Source of the DNA: an uncultured bacterium
GTDB taxonomy: Bacteria > Pseudomonadota > Alphaproteobacteria > SMXQ01
Direction of reading: 5' to 3'
NCBI GenBank assembly: GCA_965369885.1
Contig: CBDUSV010000002.1
Span: forward strand, 1 to 34,484
DNA: 34,484 bases
Numbering within the stretch: position 1 is the stretch's first letter; each line of letters starts with the position of its first letter. Under the pieces are notes generated by a model. That model made no database searches and was not told the origin of the DNA. It saw nothing but the letters and a program-made list of their open reading frames with translations. Below are positions 7,296 through 17,404 of the stretch, in pieces. Position numbers and translations under genes: made by a program.

Positions 7296-9545
7296 ATGAC
7301 GTGGTATAAAGCCTTGATTTCCGGGCGCATATGGCTGTGGGGGCTGGTTGCCGCCTTTGCCATCGCCCCGGCTCCGGTCCAGGCCCAGGCTCAGGCTCAG
7401 GCTCAGGCTCAGGCCCCGGCGGCATCCCAGTGGTCGCGGAACGACCATGCCCAGGTCCGCCTGGTCTCGGCCACCACCGCCGTCGGGGGGCTCGCCAGCC
7501 TGCGCCTCGGTCTACAGTTTCGCCTTGCGCCCAAATGGAAGATCTATTGGCGCTCGCCGGGGGATGCCGGGTATCCGCCGGTGATCGACTGGGCGGGCTC
7601 GGGCAATCTCGCCGCCGCCACCCCATCCTGGCCGGCGCCCAAGCGCTACAGCATTTTCGGCCTCAACACCTACGTTTACACCGGGGACGTGGTGCTGCCC
7701 ATCACCTATGAGGTGCGCACCCCGGGCCGGGCTGTCCATGCCAAGGCCGTGGTGCGGTATTTGTTGTGCGATGAGATCTGCATCCCCTATGAGGCCACGC
7801 TTGCCTTGAAGCTGCCCATGGGCCCGGCGGCGCCGAGCAGCTTCACCGCCTTGATCGACCGCTACCAGGCGCGGGTGCCGGGCAAGGGGCCGGGGCCGGT
7901 CCAGGGTCTTAGCATCGAACAAGCGCACCTGAACGGCCCCAAGGACGCGCCGGTGCTCGAGGTGTTGGCGCGATCATCCCTTCCGTTCTCAGCCCCGGAT
8001 TTGTTGGTCGAGGGCCCCAGGCAGCTTTCCTTCGGCGCGCCGAAGGTGCGGATATCGGATCAGGGGCGCACCGCGTTGCTGCGCCTTCCCGTCGCCATCA
8101 GCGGCGAGGCGGCTTTGGCGCCGGCCAGCCCCCTTCTGACCCTGACCCTGATCGACGGCGATCGCGCCATGGAGCAGACGGTGACCGCCGTCCCGGGCAT
8201 TGCCGAGGCGGTGGCGTTCGCGCCGCTATTGACCATCCTGGCCCTGGCCCTGCTCGGCGGCCTCATCCTCAATTTGATGCCCTGTGTGCTGCCGGTGCTG
8301 TCGCTAAAGCTGTTGAGCGTCATCGGCCATGGCGCTGGCGGCCGCCGCGATCTGCGCTTGGGGTTTCTCGCCACCGCGGCGGGCATCGTGTTTTCGTTCC
8401 TGGTGCTGGCGGTGGCCGCGGTGGGGTTCAAGAATATCGGCGGCATGGCGATCGGTTGGGGCATCCAGTTCCAGCAGCCCGCCTTCCTGGTCGCCATGTC
8501 CCTGGTGCTGGTGTTGTTCGCCTGCAATCTGTGGGGGTTCTTCCATGTCGGTCTGCCCGACTGGGTGGGCCGGGTCCTCGCGCGCGACGGCACGGTTGAA
8601 GACCATCACCATGAAGCCGGCCGCCGTCTCGGCGGTTCCTTCGCCACCGGCGCCTTCGCCACCTTGTTGGCGACGCCGTGTTCGGCGCCGTTCCTCGGAA
8701 CCGCGGTGGGGTTCGCGCTGGCCCGTGGCCCGGTGGAGATCATCGCCGTGTTCGCCGCCCTTGGCACCGGTCTGGCGCTGCCCTATCTGGCGGTCGCCGC
8801 CTTCCCCGGCATTGCCAGGCACCTGCCCAGGCCGGGTCCGTGGATGGATATTATGCGCAAGGTGCTTGGCTTTGCCTTGGCGGGGACGGCGGGATGGCTG
8901 ATCTCGGTGTTGGTGGCGCAGTCGGGCGCGGTGGCGGCGGGTGTGGTGGCGGCGCTGATGCTGGCCTCGGTCGGAGTGTTGTGGGGACGCCACCGGGCCG
9001 AAGGCAGCACCGGCCCGGGACGCCTTGGCGCCGCCATGGTGTTGGGTGTCATCGCCATTGCCGCCTTCGCGGCGCCGGTGGCCTTGGCGCCGAGTTGGAC
9101 CCCGAGCGCGGCAATCGCCAATGATGGGATGTGGCGTCCCTTCGACAAGGTCGCCATCCTCAACCATGTCGGCGCCGGCAAGACCGTGTTCGTCGATGTC
9201 ACCGCGGATTGGTGCGTCAGCTGCCAGGTCAACAAGGCCCTGGTGCTCGACCGCGGCCCGGTGGCGCGGCGCCTCGAGGGCGCCGACGTGGTGGCGATGC
9301 GCGCCGATTGGACCCGCCCCAACCGCGCGATCGCCGAATATCTGGCCGGTTTCGGCCGTTACGGCATTCCCTTCAACGTGGTCTATGGCCCGGGCGCGCC
9401 TTCGGGCATTGTGCTGTCCGAACTGCTGACCACCGATGGGGTGCTCCGGGCCCTCGGCCGCGCCGGCGCCAAACCCGCCCCCGCCCAGTCACCGTCAAAG
9501 TCCCCGTCCGAGTCCCTGGGCACCCTATCGAAAACCTCGCCCTAA
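7296..9545 (+). CDS. DsbD/ScsB-family protein-disulfide reductase (periplasmic N-domain, CcdA-like membrane core, C-terminal thioredoxin)
   Basis: Signal peptide [30 protein letters not shown]. The N-domain has LLCDEICIP. The membrane core has [13 protein letters not shown] and TPCSAPFLG. The C-terminal thioredoxin domain has the motif TADWCVSCQ (CXXC). Confidence 0.88.
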   Translation: MTWYKALISGRIWLWGLVAAFAIAPAPVQAQAQAQAQAQAPAASQWSRNDHAQVRLVSATTAVGGLASLRLGLQFRLAPKWKIYWRSPGDAGYPPVIDWAGSGNLAAATPSWPAPKRYSIFGLNTYVYTGDVVLPITYEVRTPGRAVHAKAVVRYLLCDEICIPYEATLALKLPMGPAAPSSFTALIDRYQARVPGKGPGPVQGLSIEQAHLNGPKDAPVLEVLARSSLPFSAPDLLVEGPRQLSFGAPKVRISDQGRTALLRLPVAISGEAALAPASPLLTLTLIDGDRAMEQTVTAVPGIAEAVAFAPLLTILALALLGGLILNLMPCVLPVLSLKLLSVIGHGAGGRRDLRLGFLATAAGIVFSFLVLAVAAVGFKNIGGMAIGWGIQFQQPAFLVAMSLVLVLFACNLWGFFHVGLPDWVGRVLARDGTVEDHHHEAGRRLGGSFATGAFATLLATPCSAPFLGTAVGFALARGPVEIIAVFAALGTGLALPYLAVAAFPGIARHLPRPGPWMDIMRKVLGFALAGTAGWLISVLVAQSGAVAAGVVAALMLASVGVLWGRHRAEGSTGPGRLGAAMVLGVIAIAAFAAPVALAPSWTPSAAIANDGMWRPFDKVAILNHVGAGKTVFVDVTADWCVSCQVNKALVLDRGPVARRLEGADVVAMRADWTRPNRAIAEYLAGFGRYGIPFNVVYGPGAPSGIVLSELLTTDGVLRALGRAGAKPAPAQSPSKSPSESLGTLSKTSP
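7380..7415 (+). repeat. Hexanucleotide tandem repeat (CAGGCY)x6 encoding (QA)6 just after the predicted signal peptide
   Basis: Read directly from the sequence: caggcc caggct caggct caggct caggct caggcc. Confidence 0.9.
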
Positions 9546-10015
9546 GTCTTGGGCGGCTGGGGCATGGCGCCGCGGGCGAGTTCGTCACAGCGTTCGTTTT
9601 CCGGGTGGCCGGCATGGCCCTTGATCCATAACCATTTGATCTGGTGGCGCGCCGCCGCCGCCTCGAGCCGTTGCCACAGATCGACATTCTTCACCGGCTT
9701 GCGCGCCGCCGTCTTCCAGCCGTTGGCCTTCCATTTGTGGATCCACTGGTCGATGCCGTCGCGCACATAGGTGCTGTCGGTATGGAGCCGCGCCTTGACC
9801 GGCCGGGTCAGGGCCTCGAGGCCCTGGATCGCCGCCATCAGTTCCATGCGGTTGTTGGTGGTCAGGGCCTCGCCGCCGGCAAGTTCGCGGTCGGTGCCAT
9901 TGTAACGCAGCACCACCCCCCAGCCGCCGGGCCCGGGATTGCCGCTGCAGGCGCCGTCGGTGTAGATCTCGACCACACCGGCGCCAGTGCCCGCGTCATG
10001 CTCAGTCGAGGCCAT
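9542..10015 (-). CDS. rnhA: Ribonuclease HI
   Basis: [52 protein letters not shown] and [17 protein letters not shown] identify it. I chose the ATG at 10015 (MASTEHD...). The track's 10120 start would add an implausible extension through thrB. Confidence 0.92.
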   Translation of the reverse strand: MASTEHDAGTGAGVVEIYTDGACSGNPGPGGWGVVLRYNGTDRELAGGEALTTNNRMELMAAIQGLEALTRPVKARLHTDSTYVRDGIDQWIHKWKANGWKTAARKPVKNVDLWQRLEAAAARHQIKWLWIKGHAGHPENERCDELARGAMPQPPKT

Positions 10016-10964
10016 AATCGCCGGCGCCCTTGGCGCCTTGATGGAAATGGAGCTTTTCGAGATATTCCAGGGGGTCCTTGGGCTTGACCCAGGCCCCTTC
10101 GGGGTGGTTGAGCCAGTCATAGAGCCGGGTCAGCAGAAAGCGCAGGGCGCTGCCGCGGGCCAGCAGGGGCAGGGCGTCGAGTTCCGCCGCCGAGAACGGG
10201 CGCACCTCGCGGTAGGACAACAACAATTGGCGCGCCTTGGTGATGTTGAAGCTGCCGTCATCCTCGAAGCACCAGGCGTTGAGGCAGACGGCAAGGTCGT
10301 AGGCGAAGAAATCATTGCAGGCGAAATAGAAGTCGATGATGCCCGAGAGCCCGCCATCGAGGAAGAACACGTTGTCGGGGAACAGATCGCCATGGATGAT
10401 GCCGGTGGGCAGATTGTCGGGCCAGCCCTGCTCCAATTTCTCGAGCTCGGCGCCGAGTTCCCGGGCGAGGCCGGGCTTGACCTCGTCGGCGCCCCCCTCG
10501 ATCTGTTGAAAAAGTGGCCGCCAGCCCCCGACCGATAGATCATTGGCCCGGCATAAGCCATAGGATGCCCCGGCGATGTGCATATGGGCCATCGCCTCGC
10601 CGAGGCCGGCGCAATGCTGGGGGCGTATGCGGCGCGGCCACATGCCGTGGAGGAAGCTAATCACCGCCGCGGGCCGGCCGCACAACTGGCGCAAGGCCTC
10701 GCCGTCACTGCCGTGGATCGGGGTCGGACAGGCAATGCCGTTGCCGGCCAAATGCTCCATCAGGCCTAAGAAGAATGGCAGGTCCTGTTGGGCGACGCGC
10801 CGCTCATAGAGGGTGAGCACGAAGATGTCCTTGGTGGTCTGCAACAGGAAATTGGTGTTTTCGACCCCCTCGGCGATGCCCTTGTAGGAGACCACCTCGC
10901 CGAGATCATATTGGGCGATAAAGGCCTTCAGGTCCTCGTCGCAAACTTCGGTATATACCGCCAT
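10002..10964 (-). CDS. thrB: Homoserine kinase, type II (kinase-fold ThrB)
   Basis: MAVYTEV..L..F...[22 protein letters not shown] and [13 protein letters not shown] are typical of the thrB_alt family. Its last 14 nt overlap the rnhA start. Confidence 0.92.
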   Translation of the reverse strand: MAVYTEVCDEDLKAFIAQYDLGEVVSYKGIAEGVENTNFLLQTTKDIFVLTLYERRVAQQDLPFFLGLMEHLAGNGIACPTPIHGSDGEALRQLCGRPAAVISFLHGMWPRRIRPQHCAGLGEAMAHMHIAGASYGLCRANDLSVGGWRPLFQQIEGGADEVKPGLARELGAELEKLEQGWPDNLPTGIIHGDLFPDNVFFLDGGLSGIIDFYFACNDFFAYDLAVCLNAWCFEDDGSFNITKARQLLLSYREVRPFSAAELDALPLLARGSALRFLLTRLYDWLNHPEGAWVKPKDPLEYLEKLHFHQGAKGAGDYGLD

Positions 10965-10966
10965 GC

Positions 10967-11911
10967 TCAGTTGGTGAGGGCGCGTGGCAGGCTGAAGCTG
11001 ATTTCTTCGCGGGTGACGGTCACCTCTTCAAGGGAGACGGTGTAGCGCTGGCGGCAGGCTTCGATCAGTTCCTCCACCAGAACTTCCGGCGCCGACGCGC
11101 CCGCGGTGATGCCGAGGCACTCGACGCCGTTCAAGGCCGACCAGTCGACATCGTCGGCGCACTGCACCAGGAAGGAGTTGGAGCAACCGGTCATTTTCGC
11201 GACTTCGACCAGGCGGTTGGAGTTGGACGAATTCGGCGCGCCGATGACGATGAGGGCATCGCAGCGCGGCGCGATTTCCTTGACCGCATGCTGGCGGTTG
11301 GAGGTGGCGTAACAGATATCGGCGCTGTTGGGGCCGCGGATATTGGGGAAGCGGTCTCTCAGGATGGCGACGATGCCGGTGGTGTCGTCGATCGACAGCG
11401 TGGTCTGGGTGATATAAGCGAGATTGCCGGGGTCATCGACCTCGACGGTTTTGGCCTGATCTTCATTCTCCACCAGAACGATGGCGCCTTCGGGCAGCTG
11501 GCCCATGGTGCCTTCGACCTCGGGATGGCCGGCATGGCCGATCAGCAGGATTTGACGGCCGGCGGTATGGTGGTGGCGGCCTTCATTGTGGACCTTGCTG
11601 ACCAGGGGGCAGGTGGCGTCGAGTTGGTGCAGCTTGCGCCGTTTGGCTTCGGCGGTCACCGCCTTGGAGACGCCATGGGCGGAGAAGATGATGGCGGCAT
11701 CGTCGGGGGCCTCGTCCAGCTCCTCGACGAAAATGGCGCCCTTGACCTCGAGCCCCTCGACCACGTGGCGGTTGTGGACGATTTCATGGCGCACATAGAC
11801 CGGGGCGCCGAAGCGCTCCAACGCCGTCTCCACCACCTGGATGGCGCGGTCAACCCCGGCGCAGAAGCCGCGGGGGCTGGCAAGCAATATGGTGAGCCCC
11901 GGTTTGTCCAT
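10967..11911 (-). CDS. ispH: 4-hydroxy-3-methylbut-2-enyl diphosphate reductase
   Basis: [22 protein letters not shown] and [12 protein letters not shown] are IspH/LytB motifs. I chose the ATG at 11911 ([19 protein letters not shown]). In-frame ATGs at 11920 and further upstream to 12001 are possible but less likely. Confidence 0.93.
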   Translation of the reverse strand: MDKPGLTILLASPRGFCAGVDRAIQVVETALERFGAPVYVRHEIVHNRHVVEGLEVKGAIFVEELDEAPDDAAIIFSAHGVSKAVTAEAKRRKLHQLDATCPLVSKVHNEGRHHHTAGRQILLIGHAGHPEVEGTMGQLPEGAIVLVENEDQAKTVEVDDPGNLAYITQTTLSIDDTTGIVAILRDRFPNIRGPNSADICYATSNRQHAVKEIAPRCDALIVIGAPNSSNSNRLVEVAKMTGCSNSFLVQCADDVDWSALNGVECLGITAGASAPEVLVEELIEACRQRYTVSLEEVTVTREEISFSLPRALTN

Positions 11912-12154
11912 ATTCCGCATCGAAATCACACCCATCGAAATCATTTCCCCCGAATTCACACCCTGGGTCCGGGGTCGTCCGGCTTGCGCCGTGATGATCA
12001 CACGCCTTGTTTAATCCCCCCCGGTTTTCTAAATTGCTGGGCGTAGCCTCTGGCCCGCCATAACCCGCCGGAGGGTTGAAGACGCGGTTTACAAAGTAGT
12101 CATCTTGCGGCGAACGGCAAGGAAATTGAACGATCAAGCGAAAGGATTAGAATC

Positions 12155-12400
12155 ATGGCGGAACCAGTGATTGTCCAGAAGGCGCCGTTCGGCGTCGATG
12201 TGACGGCGGACGAGGAATATAGGTGGTGCGCCTGCGGGCGCAGCGCCAACCAGCCTTTTTGTGACGGCTCCCACAAGGACCCCGATACCGGCTTTAAATC
12301 CCTGCGGTTCAAAGCCACCGAGACCAAGCGCATTTTCCTATGTGGGTGCAAGAAAACCGGGAAAGCACCCTTTTGCGACGGCACCCACAACAAGCTGTAA
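12155..12400 (+). CDS. CDGSH iron-sulfur domain protein with two CDGSH motifs
   Basis: Two copies of the C-x-C-x2-S/T-x3-P-x-C-D-G-S/T-H pattern are present: CACGRSANQPFCDGSH and CGCKKTGKAPFCDGTH. Confidence 0.9.
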   Translation: MAEPVIVQKAPFGVDVTADEEYRWCACGRSANQPFCDGSHKDPDTGFKSLRFKATETKRIFLCGCKKTGKAPFCDGTHNKL

Positions 12401-12933
12401 TGATGAATTCATTACGGTGTATCTCGGTTGCCGGTGCCGCCATGATCGGGCTTTCCGGCTGCGGCATGTTTGGCGGCAAGACGGAGACATTCGCCTGTCC
12501 CCGTGCCGGGATCCTCAAGGAGGCGTCGTCCATCACCAAGTTTCGGCCCGGCCCGGGGCGGGATCTGACCGATGTGGTCTATCAGGCGCGGCTGATCAAT
12601 CTGAAAGCGGTCTGCAAGTACGGCAGAAAAGGGGTCACGGTCGAAATGACCTTGGCCATGGGCGCCGAGCGCGGTCCGGCCATCCAGGGCTTCAAGGCGA
12701 ACTTGGAATATTTCGTCGCCATCGCCGGCCCCGGCGGCGCCATCCTGGCCAAGAAGGAGTTCACAACCCCGGTGGCATTTCCCAACAACGTCACCCAGGC
12801 CAGAGCGGCTGATGAACTTAAACAGATCATACCGCTCCGGCGTGGCGCGTCCGGGGCCAACCACAGGATTATCGTCGGCTTTCAATTGCGCCGCGCCGAG
12901 CTCGAATACAACCGTCAACAACCCAGGCGGTGA
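12400..12933 (+). CDS. Hypothetical lipoprotein
   Basis: MMNSLRCISVAGAAMIGLSGCGMF has a signal peptide and an LSGC lipobox. Its ATG overlaps the CDGSH stop (TAATG). No family recognised. Confidence 0.6.
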   Translation: MMNSLRCISVAGAAMIGLSGCGMFGGKTETFACPRAGILKEASSITKFRPGPGRDLTDVVYQARLINLKAVCKYGRKGVTVEMTLAMGAERGPAIQGFKANLEYFVAIAGPGGAILAKKEFTTPVAFPNNVTQARAADELKQIIPLRRGASGANHRIIVGFQLRRAELEYNRQQPRR

Positions 12934-12973
12934 GTTTTCCTCGATTTGAGGGCCCCCGATTGGAGGGCTAAAA

Positions 12974-14122
12974 GTGAACAAGTCGGTCACTGGCAGTCTG
13001 AAAACCACGGCGCTTGCCGCCCTCCATGAACAATTGGGCGCCAAGATGGTGCCTTTCGCCGGCTACGCCATGCCGTTGCAATATGGCGGCGGCATTATCG
13101 ATGAGCATGTTCACACCCGCACTCACGCTTCCCTGTTCGATATCTCCCATATGGGCCAGATTGTTATCGAAGGGGCCGATGCGGCATCGTCCATGGAGGC
13201 CCTGGTGCCTGGCGATATCACCGGGCTCAAGGCAGGAGCCATGCGTTACACCCTGCTCACCAACTCCGCCGGCGGTATCGAAGACGATATTATTGTCGGG
13301 CGCACCTCCGGTGGGCTCATGGTGGTGGTCAACGCCGCCTGCAAGGACCGGGATTTTGCCCATATCCAGGCCGGCCTTGGCGCCAAGGTAGGTATGACGA
13401 TGGCCGACGACCGGGCGCTGTTGGCCCTGCAAGGGCCTGCCGCCGCCCAGGTGTTGGGCCGCCTGGCGCCGGAATGCGGGGGCCTTGGCTTCATGGCCGC
13501 GGCCGATCTCAGTGTCGGTGGCGTACCCTGCCGGGTTAGCCGCGCGGGCTATAGCGGCGAAGACGGTTTCGAGATTTCCGTCCCTGCCGCCGAGGCCGAG
13601 CCCTTGGCGCGGACATTGCTGGCCGCATCCGAGGTCTCCCCTGCGGGTCTCGGCGCCCGCGACACCCTTCGCCTCGAGGCCGGCTTCTGCCTTTACGGCG
13701 CCGATATCGACACCGCCACCACCCCGGTCGAGGCCGGTCTCGGGTGGACCATCCCCAGAAGGCGGCGCGCAGAAGGCGGCTTCCCCGGCGCCGAGGTCAT
13801 CCTTCGCCAATTGCGCCAGGGGCCAGGTCGTAAGCGGGTCGGCATCCGCCCCGTGGGCCGCACCCTGGCGCGCGCCGGAACCGAGATCACCGACGCCCAG
13901 GGCTGGCAATTGGGCGCCATCACGTCGGGCGGCTTCGGCCCCACAATTGGCGGCCCCATTGCCATGGGCTATGTGGCGGCCGACCATGCCGAGCCCGGCA
14001 CCGAATTGCGCCTGGTGGTGCGGGGCAAGCCGCTGCCGGCTGCGGTCGTCCCCTTGCCTTTCGTCGCGCACAACACCCTTAAACCAGACCGAACCCCCAA
14101 ACCGGAGGCCAAAATCGGATGA
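12974..14122 (+). CDS. gcvT: Glycine cleavage system aminomethyltransferase (T protein)
   Basis: T-protein-like sequence throughout (PFAGYAMPLQY, HVHTRTHASLFDISHMG, SRAGYSGEDGFEI, LGARDTLRLEAG). GTG start with GGAGGG 7 nt upstream. Confidence 0.95.
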   Translation: MNKSVTGSLKTTALAALHEQLGAKMVPFAGYAMPLQYGGGIIDEHVHTRTHASLFDISHMGQIVIEGADAASSMEALVPGDITGLKAGAMRYTLLTNSAGGIEDDIIVGRTSGGLMVVVNAACKDRDFAHIQAGLGAKVGMTMADDRALLALQGPAAAQVLGRLAPECGGLGFMAAADLSVGGVPCRVSRAGYSGEDGFEISVPAAEAEPLARTLLAASEVSPAGLGARDTLRLEAGFCLYGADIDTATTPVEAGLGWTIPRRRRAEGGFPGAEVILRQLRQGPGRKRVGIRPVGRTLARAGTEITDAQGWQLGAITSGGFGPTIGGPIAMGYVAADHAEPGTELRLVVRGKPLPAAVVPLPFVAHNTLKPDRTPKPEAKIG

Positions 14123-14496
14123 GCGACATCAAATACGCCGAAGACCATGAATGGATATGTCTCGACGGCGATACCGGCACCATCGGCATCAGCGTCTATG
14201 CCCAGGAGCAGCTGGGCGACGTGGTCTATGTGGAATTGCCCAAGATCGGCCAAAAGGTCGGGCGCGGCGACCAGATCGCCGTGGTCGAATCGGTCAAGGC
14301 GGCGAGCGAAGTCTCCGCGCCCGCCGCCGGCGAGGTGGTCGAGATCAACGGCGATTTGGCCGCCAGACCCGAGATCATCAACGAGGATGCCGAAGGTGAG
14401 GGCTGGTTCGCCCGCATCAAGGTCTCGGACGCGGCGGAACTCGGCGCCCTGATGGATGAAGCGGCCTATGCCGACTACGTCAAGGGGCTCGATTGA
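14119..14496 (+). CDS. gcvH: Glycine cleavage system H protein
   Basis: YAEDHEWI, and VESVKAASEV containing the lipoyl-lysine. An ATGA overlap links it to gcvT. Confidence 0.95.
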   Translation: MSDIKYAEDHEWICLDGDTGTIGISVYAQEQLGDVVYVELPKIGQKVGRGDQIAVVESVKAASEVSAPAAGEVVEINGDLAARPEIINEDAEGEGWFARIKVSDAAELGALMDEAAYADYVKGLD

Positions 14497-15851
14497 TGCG
14501 CTACCTGCCGCTCGTCGGCGCCGACCGCACCCTCATGCTCGATGCCATTGGCGTTGGCTCGATCGAGGATCTGTTCGCCGACGTGCCCAAGGCGGCGCGC
14601 ATCGCGAAGCCATTTGATCTCCCTCCCCATTGCGGCGAGATCGAGGTCGAAGGCGCCCTTGCCGCCATGGCGGCCAAGAATGTCAGCGCCGCAGCGGTGC
14701 CGTGTTTCCTCGGCGCCGGCGCCCACCGTCATCACATTCCAGCCGCGGTGGACCATCTGATCCAGCGCGGCGAGTTCCTGACCTCCTACACCCCGTATCA
14801 GCCGGAAATCTCCCAGGGCACGCTCCAGTTCCTCTACGAATTCCAGACCCAGGTGGCGCTGATCACCGCCATGGATGTGGCCAATGCCTCGATGTATGAC
14901 GGCGCCAGCGCCACCGCCGAGGCGGTGATGATGGCGCGGCGCATCACCGGCCGCGACAAGGTGGTGCTGTCGGCGGGCCTCCACCCCCATTACCGCGACT
15001 GCGTCACCACCTTCGCCCAATTCACCGGGGTCGAGATCGTGGCGCCGCCGCCCAATCCGGCGCCCCATTTCGAGGGCGCCGTTGAACTCGCCACCCTGAT
15101 CGACGGGGCCACCGCCTGCGTCGTGGTGCAGAACCCGGATGTGTTTGGCCGCTTGCAGGATTTCGCCCCCCTGGCCCGGCACTGTCACGATGTCGGCGCG
15201 CTCCTGATCGTCGCCGTCGCCGAGGTGGTCTCGCTCGGTTGCGTGCGGCCGCCGGGCGAGATGGACGCGGATATCGTCGTCGCCGAAGGCCAGTCTCTCG
15301 GCAATTCGTTGAGTTTCGGCGGACCCTATGTCGGGCTGTTCGCCAGCCGCGATGAATTCGTGCGCCAGATGCCGGGCCGCATCTCCGGCGAGACCACCGA
15401 CATCGAGGGCCGCCGCGGCTGGGTCCTGACCCTGGCGACGCGGGAGCAGCATATCCGCCGGGAAAAGGCCACCAGCAACATCTGCACCAATTCCGGGCTC
15501 TGTGCGCTGGCCTTCACCGTGCATCTGGCGCTGCTGGGATCGGTCGGCTTCGAGCGTCTGGCGCGTATCAACCATCACCGCGCCGTCAAATGCGCCGAGG
15601 CCCTGGCCGGGGTTCGGGGCGCCGATGTCATCACCGAGAATTTCTTCAACGAATTCACCGTGAAGCTTCCCCGGCCCGCCGCCGCTGTCGCCGATGATCT
15701 TGCAGACTTGGGGGTGCTCGGCGGGGTGCCGGTTTCGCGTCTTTACCCCGAAATCGAGGGCTTCGAAAATCTCCTGCTTGTTGCCGCCAGCGAGACCAAT
15801 TCCGACGCCGATATCACCGCCCTGGCCCAGGCGCTGGGAGACGTGCTGTGA
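14496..15851 (+). CDS. gcvPA: Glycine dehydrogenase (aminomethyl-transferring) subunit 1
   Basis: MRYLPL....ML..IGV..IE.LF..VP, SYTPYQPEISQGTLQ and REQHIRREKATSNICTN identify it. I chose the ATG at 14496, which overlaps the gcvH TGA. The track start at 14493 is a TTG one codon earlier. Confidence 0.93.
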   Translation: MRYLPLVGADRTLMLDAIGVGSIEDLFADVPKAARIAKPFDLPPHCGEIEVEGALAAMAAKNVSAAAVPCFLGAGAHRHHIPAAVDHLIQRGEFLTSYTPYQPEISQGTLQFLYEFQTQVALITAMDVANASMYDGASATAEAVMMARRITGRDKVVLSAGLHPHYRDCVTTFAQFTGVEIVAPPPNPAPHFEGAVELATLIDGATACVVVQNPDVFGRLQDFAPLARHCHDVGALLIVAVAEVVSLGCVRPPGEMDADIVVAEGQSLGNSLSFGGPYVGLFASRDEFVRQMPGRISGETTDIEGRRGWVLTLATREQHIRREKATSNICTNSGLCALAFTVHLALLGSVGFERLARINHHRAVKCAEALAGVRGADVITENFFNEFTVKLPRPAAAVADDLADLGVLGGVPVSRLYPEIEGFENLLLVAASETNSDADITALAQALGDVL

Positions 15852-17383
15852 GCGAGAACGGGGAATCTCCCGCCACAATCACCGGCAATCGCGGCCTTGC
15901 CATCGAGGAGACCCTGATCTTCGAGCAGGACAGCCCCGGCCGCTCTGGCGTCGATCTGCCGCAGCCCGATGCGGTGGCGGACCGTCTCGGCGGATTGCAG
16001 CGGACAAGTGACCTTGGCCTGCCGGGTCTTTCCGAGCCCGAAGTGGTGCGCCATTTCACCCGCTTGAGCCAGAAGAACTACGCCATCGATGCCGGGTTCT
16101 ATCCTCTGGGCTCGTGCACCATGAAGCACAACCCGCGGCTCAACGAAAAGCTGGCGCGGCTTGCCGGCTTCGCCGATCTTCATCCGTTGCAGCCCCTGGC
16201 GACGGTGCAGGGCGCCTTGGAGCTCATCGAAACTCTCAGCCACTGGCTACAGGTGCTGACCGGGATGCCGGCCTTCGCCATGTCGCCGGCCGCCGGCGCC
16301 CAGGGTGAGCTTTGCGGCATCATGTCGATCCGCTCCGCCCTGGAAGACCGGGGCGATCCCAGGCGTAAGGTGCTGGTGCCGGATTCCGCCCATGGCACCA
16401 ATCCCGCCACCGCCGTCGGCTGTGGCTACGAGGTCGAGCACATCCCCTCCAACCGCCGGGGCCGGATCGATTTCACCGCCCTCAAGGCCAAGCTCGACGG
16501 TGATGTCGCCGCCATCATGTTGACCAACCCCAACACCTGCGGCCTGTTCGAGGACGAGATCATGGAGATCGCGGCGGCGGTCCACCATGCCGGCGCCTTC
16601 TTCTATTGCGACGGCGCCAATTTCAACGCCATCGTCGGCCGGGTCAGGCCCGCCGATCTCGGCATCGATGTCATGCATCTAAACCTGCACAAGACCTTTT
16701 CCACCCCCCATGGCGGCGGCGGGCCGGGCAGCGGACCGGTGGCTTTGGTCGCGGACCTTGCCCCCTATGCGCCGCTGCCCTTGGTGGTTCATGGCGATAG
16801 CGGTTTCCGCCTGATCGAGCATGCCGGTGCCGACGGCGAGGGCGCCAAGACCATCGGGCGGCTTCGCGGCTTCCACGGCCAGATCGGGGTGTTCGTGCGC
16901 GCCCTGGCCTACATGATGTCGCTCGGCGGCGACGGGCTGCGTCAGGCCTCCGATGATGCGGTGCTTTGCGCCAATTACCTGTTGGTGCGATTGCAGGATA
17001 CGCTGACGCTGCCCTATCCGGGGCCCTGCATGCACGAGGTGCTGTTCGACGACGGTTTTCTCCAGGACACCGGCGTCACCACCCTCGATTTCTCCAAGGC
17101 CCTGATCGATGAGGGCTTCCATCCCACCACCACCTACTTCCCACTCGACGTCCACGGCGCCTTGCTGTGCGAGCCCACCGAGACCGAGAGCAAGGCCAGC
17201 CTCGATCAGTTCATCACCACCGTCAAAGCCCTGGCGGCGCGCGCCAAGTCCGGCGATGCGGAATTTTTCTTGAGCGCGCCCAGGCTGGCGCCGCGCCGGC
17301 GCCTCGACGAGACCAAGGCGGCGCGCCATCCGGTGCTGCGCTGGCGAAAGGGTGGCGAAGGTGAGGGGGCGGGCGGCGGCTGA
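15848..17383 (+). CDS. gcvPB: Glycine dehydrogenase (aminomethyl-transferring) subunit 2
   Basis: LGSCTMKHNP, DSAHGTNPA, and the PLP-lysine region LNLHKTFSTPHGGGGPG. GTG start overlapping the gcvPA stop. Confidence 0.93.
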   Translation: MSENGESPATITGNRGLAIEETLIFEQDSPGRSGVDLPQPDAVADRLGGLQRTSDLGLPGLSEPEVVRHFTRLSQKNYAIDAGFYPLGSCTMKHNPRLNEKLARLAGFADLHPLQPLATVQGALELIETLSHWLQVLTGMPAFAMSPAAGAQGELCGIMSIRSALEDRGDPRRKVLVPDSAHGTNPATAVGCGYEVEHIPSNRRGRIDFTALKAKLDGDVAAIMLTNPNTCGLFEDEIMEIAAAVHHAGAFFYCDGANFNAIVGRVRPADLGIDVMHLNLHKTFSTPHGGGGPGSGPVALVADLAPYAPLPLVVHGDSGFRLIEHAGADGEGAKTIGRLRGFHGQIGVFVRALAYMMSLGGDGLRQASDDAVLCANYLLVRLQDTLTLPYPGPCMHEVLFDDGFLQDTGVTTLDFSKALIDEGFHPTTTYFPLDVHGALLCEPTETESKASLDQFITTVKALAARAKSGDAEFFLSAPRLAPRRRLDETKAARHPVLRWRKGGEGEGAGGG

Positions 17384-17404
17384 CCGTGCGCCGTCACTCG
17401 GTCA

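Noticed and set aside
7154-7363. 69-aa minus-strand ORF in the AT-rich yqgE/dsbD intergenic region.
   Set aside because: It overlaps the signal-peptide-coding start of the DsbD-family gene, has low-complexity unconvincing sequence, and has no RBS. It is more likely promoter DNA.
7222-7626. Minus-strand ORF containing a [15 protein letters not shown] repeat.
   Set aside because: It is simply the reverse-complement reading of the (CAGGCY)6 repeat and the 5' end of the DsbD-family gene. There is no independent coding evidence.
12002-12973. Looked for a glycine riboswitch upstream of the gcv genes.
   Set aside because: The gap before gcvT is only 40 nt, and neither it nor the 12002-12154 leader shows the conserved GGAGAG / CACCGAAGG / CTCAGGCAAAAGGAC core elements by eye. 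An Infernal search would be needed for certainty.
17381-17404. TGACCG-N12-CGGTCA inverted repeat between convergent gcvPB and atpF, considered as a bidirectional terminator.
   Set aside because: The stem is 6 bp with a large loop and no T/A runs, and it overlaps the gcvPB stop codon and abuts the atpF stop. Not convincing.
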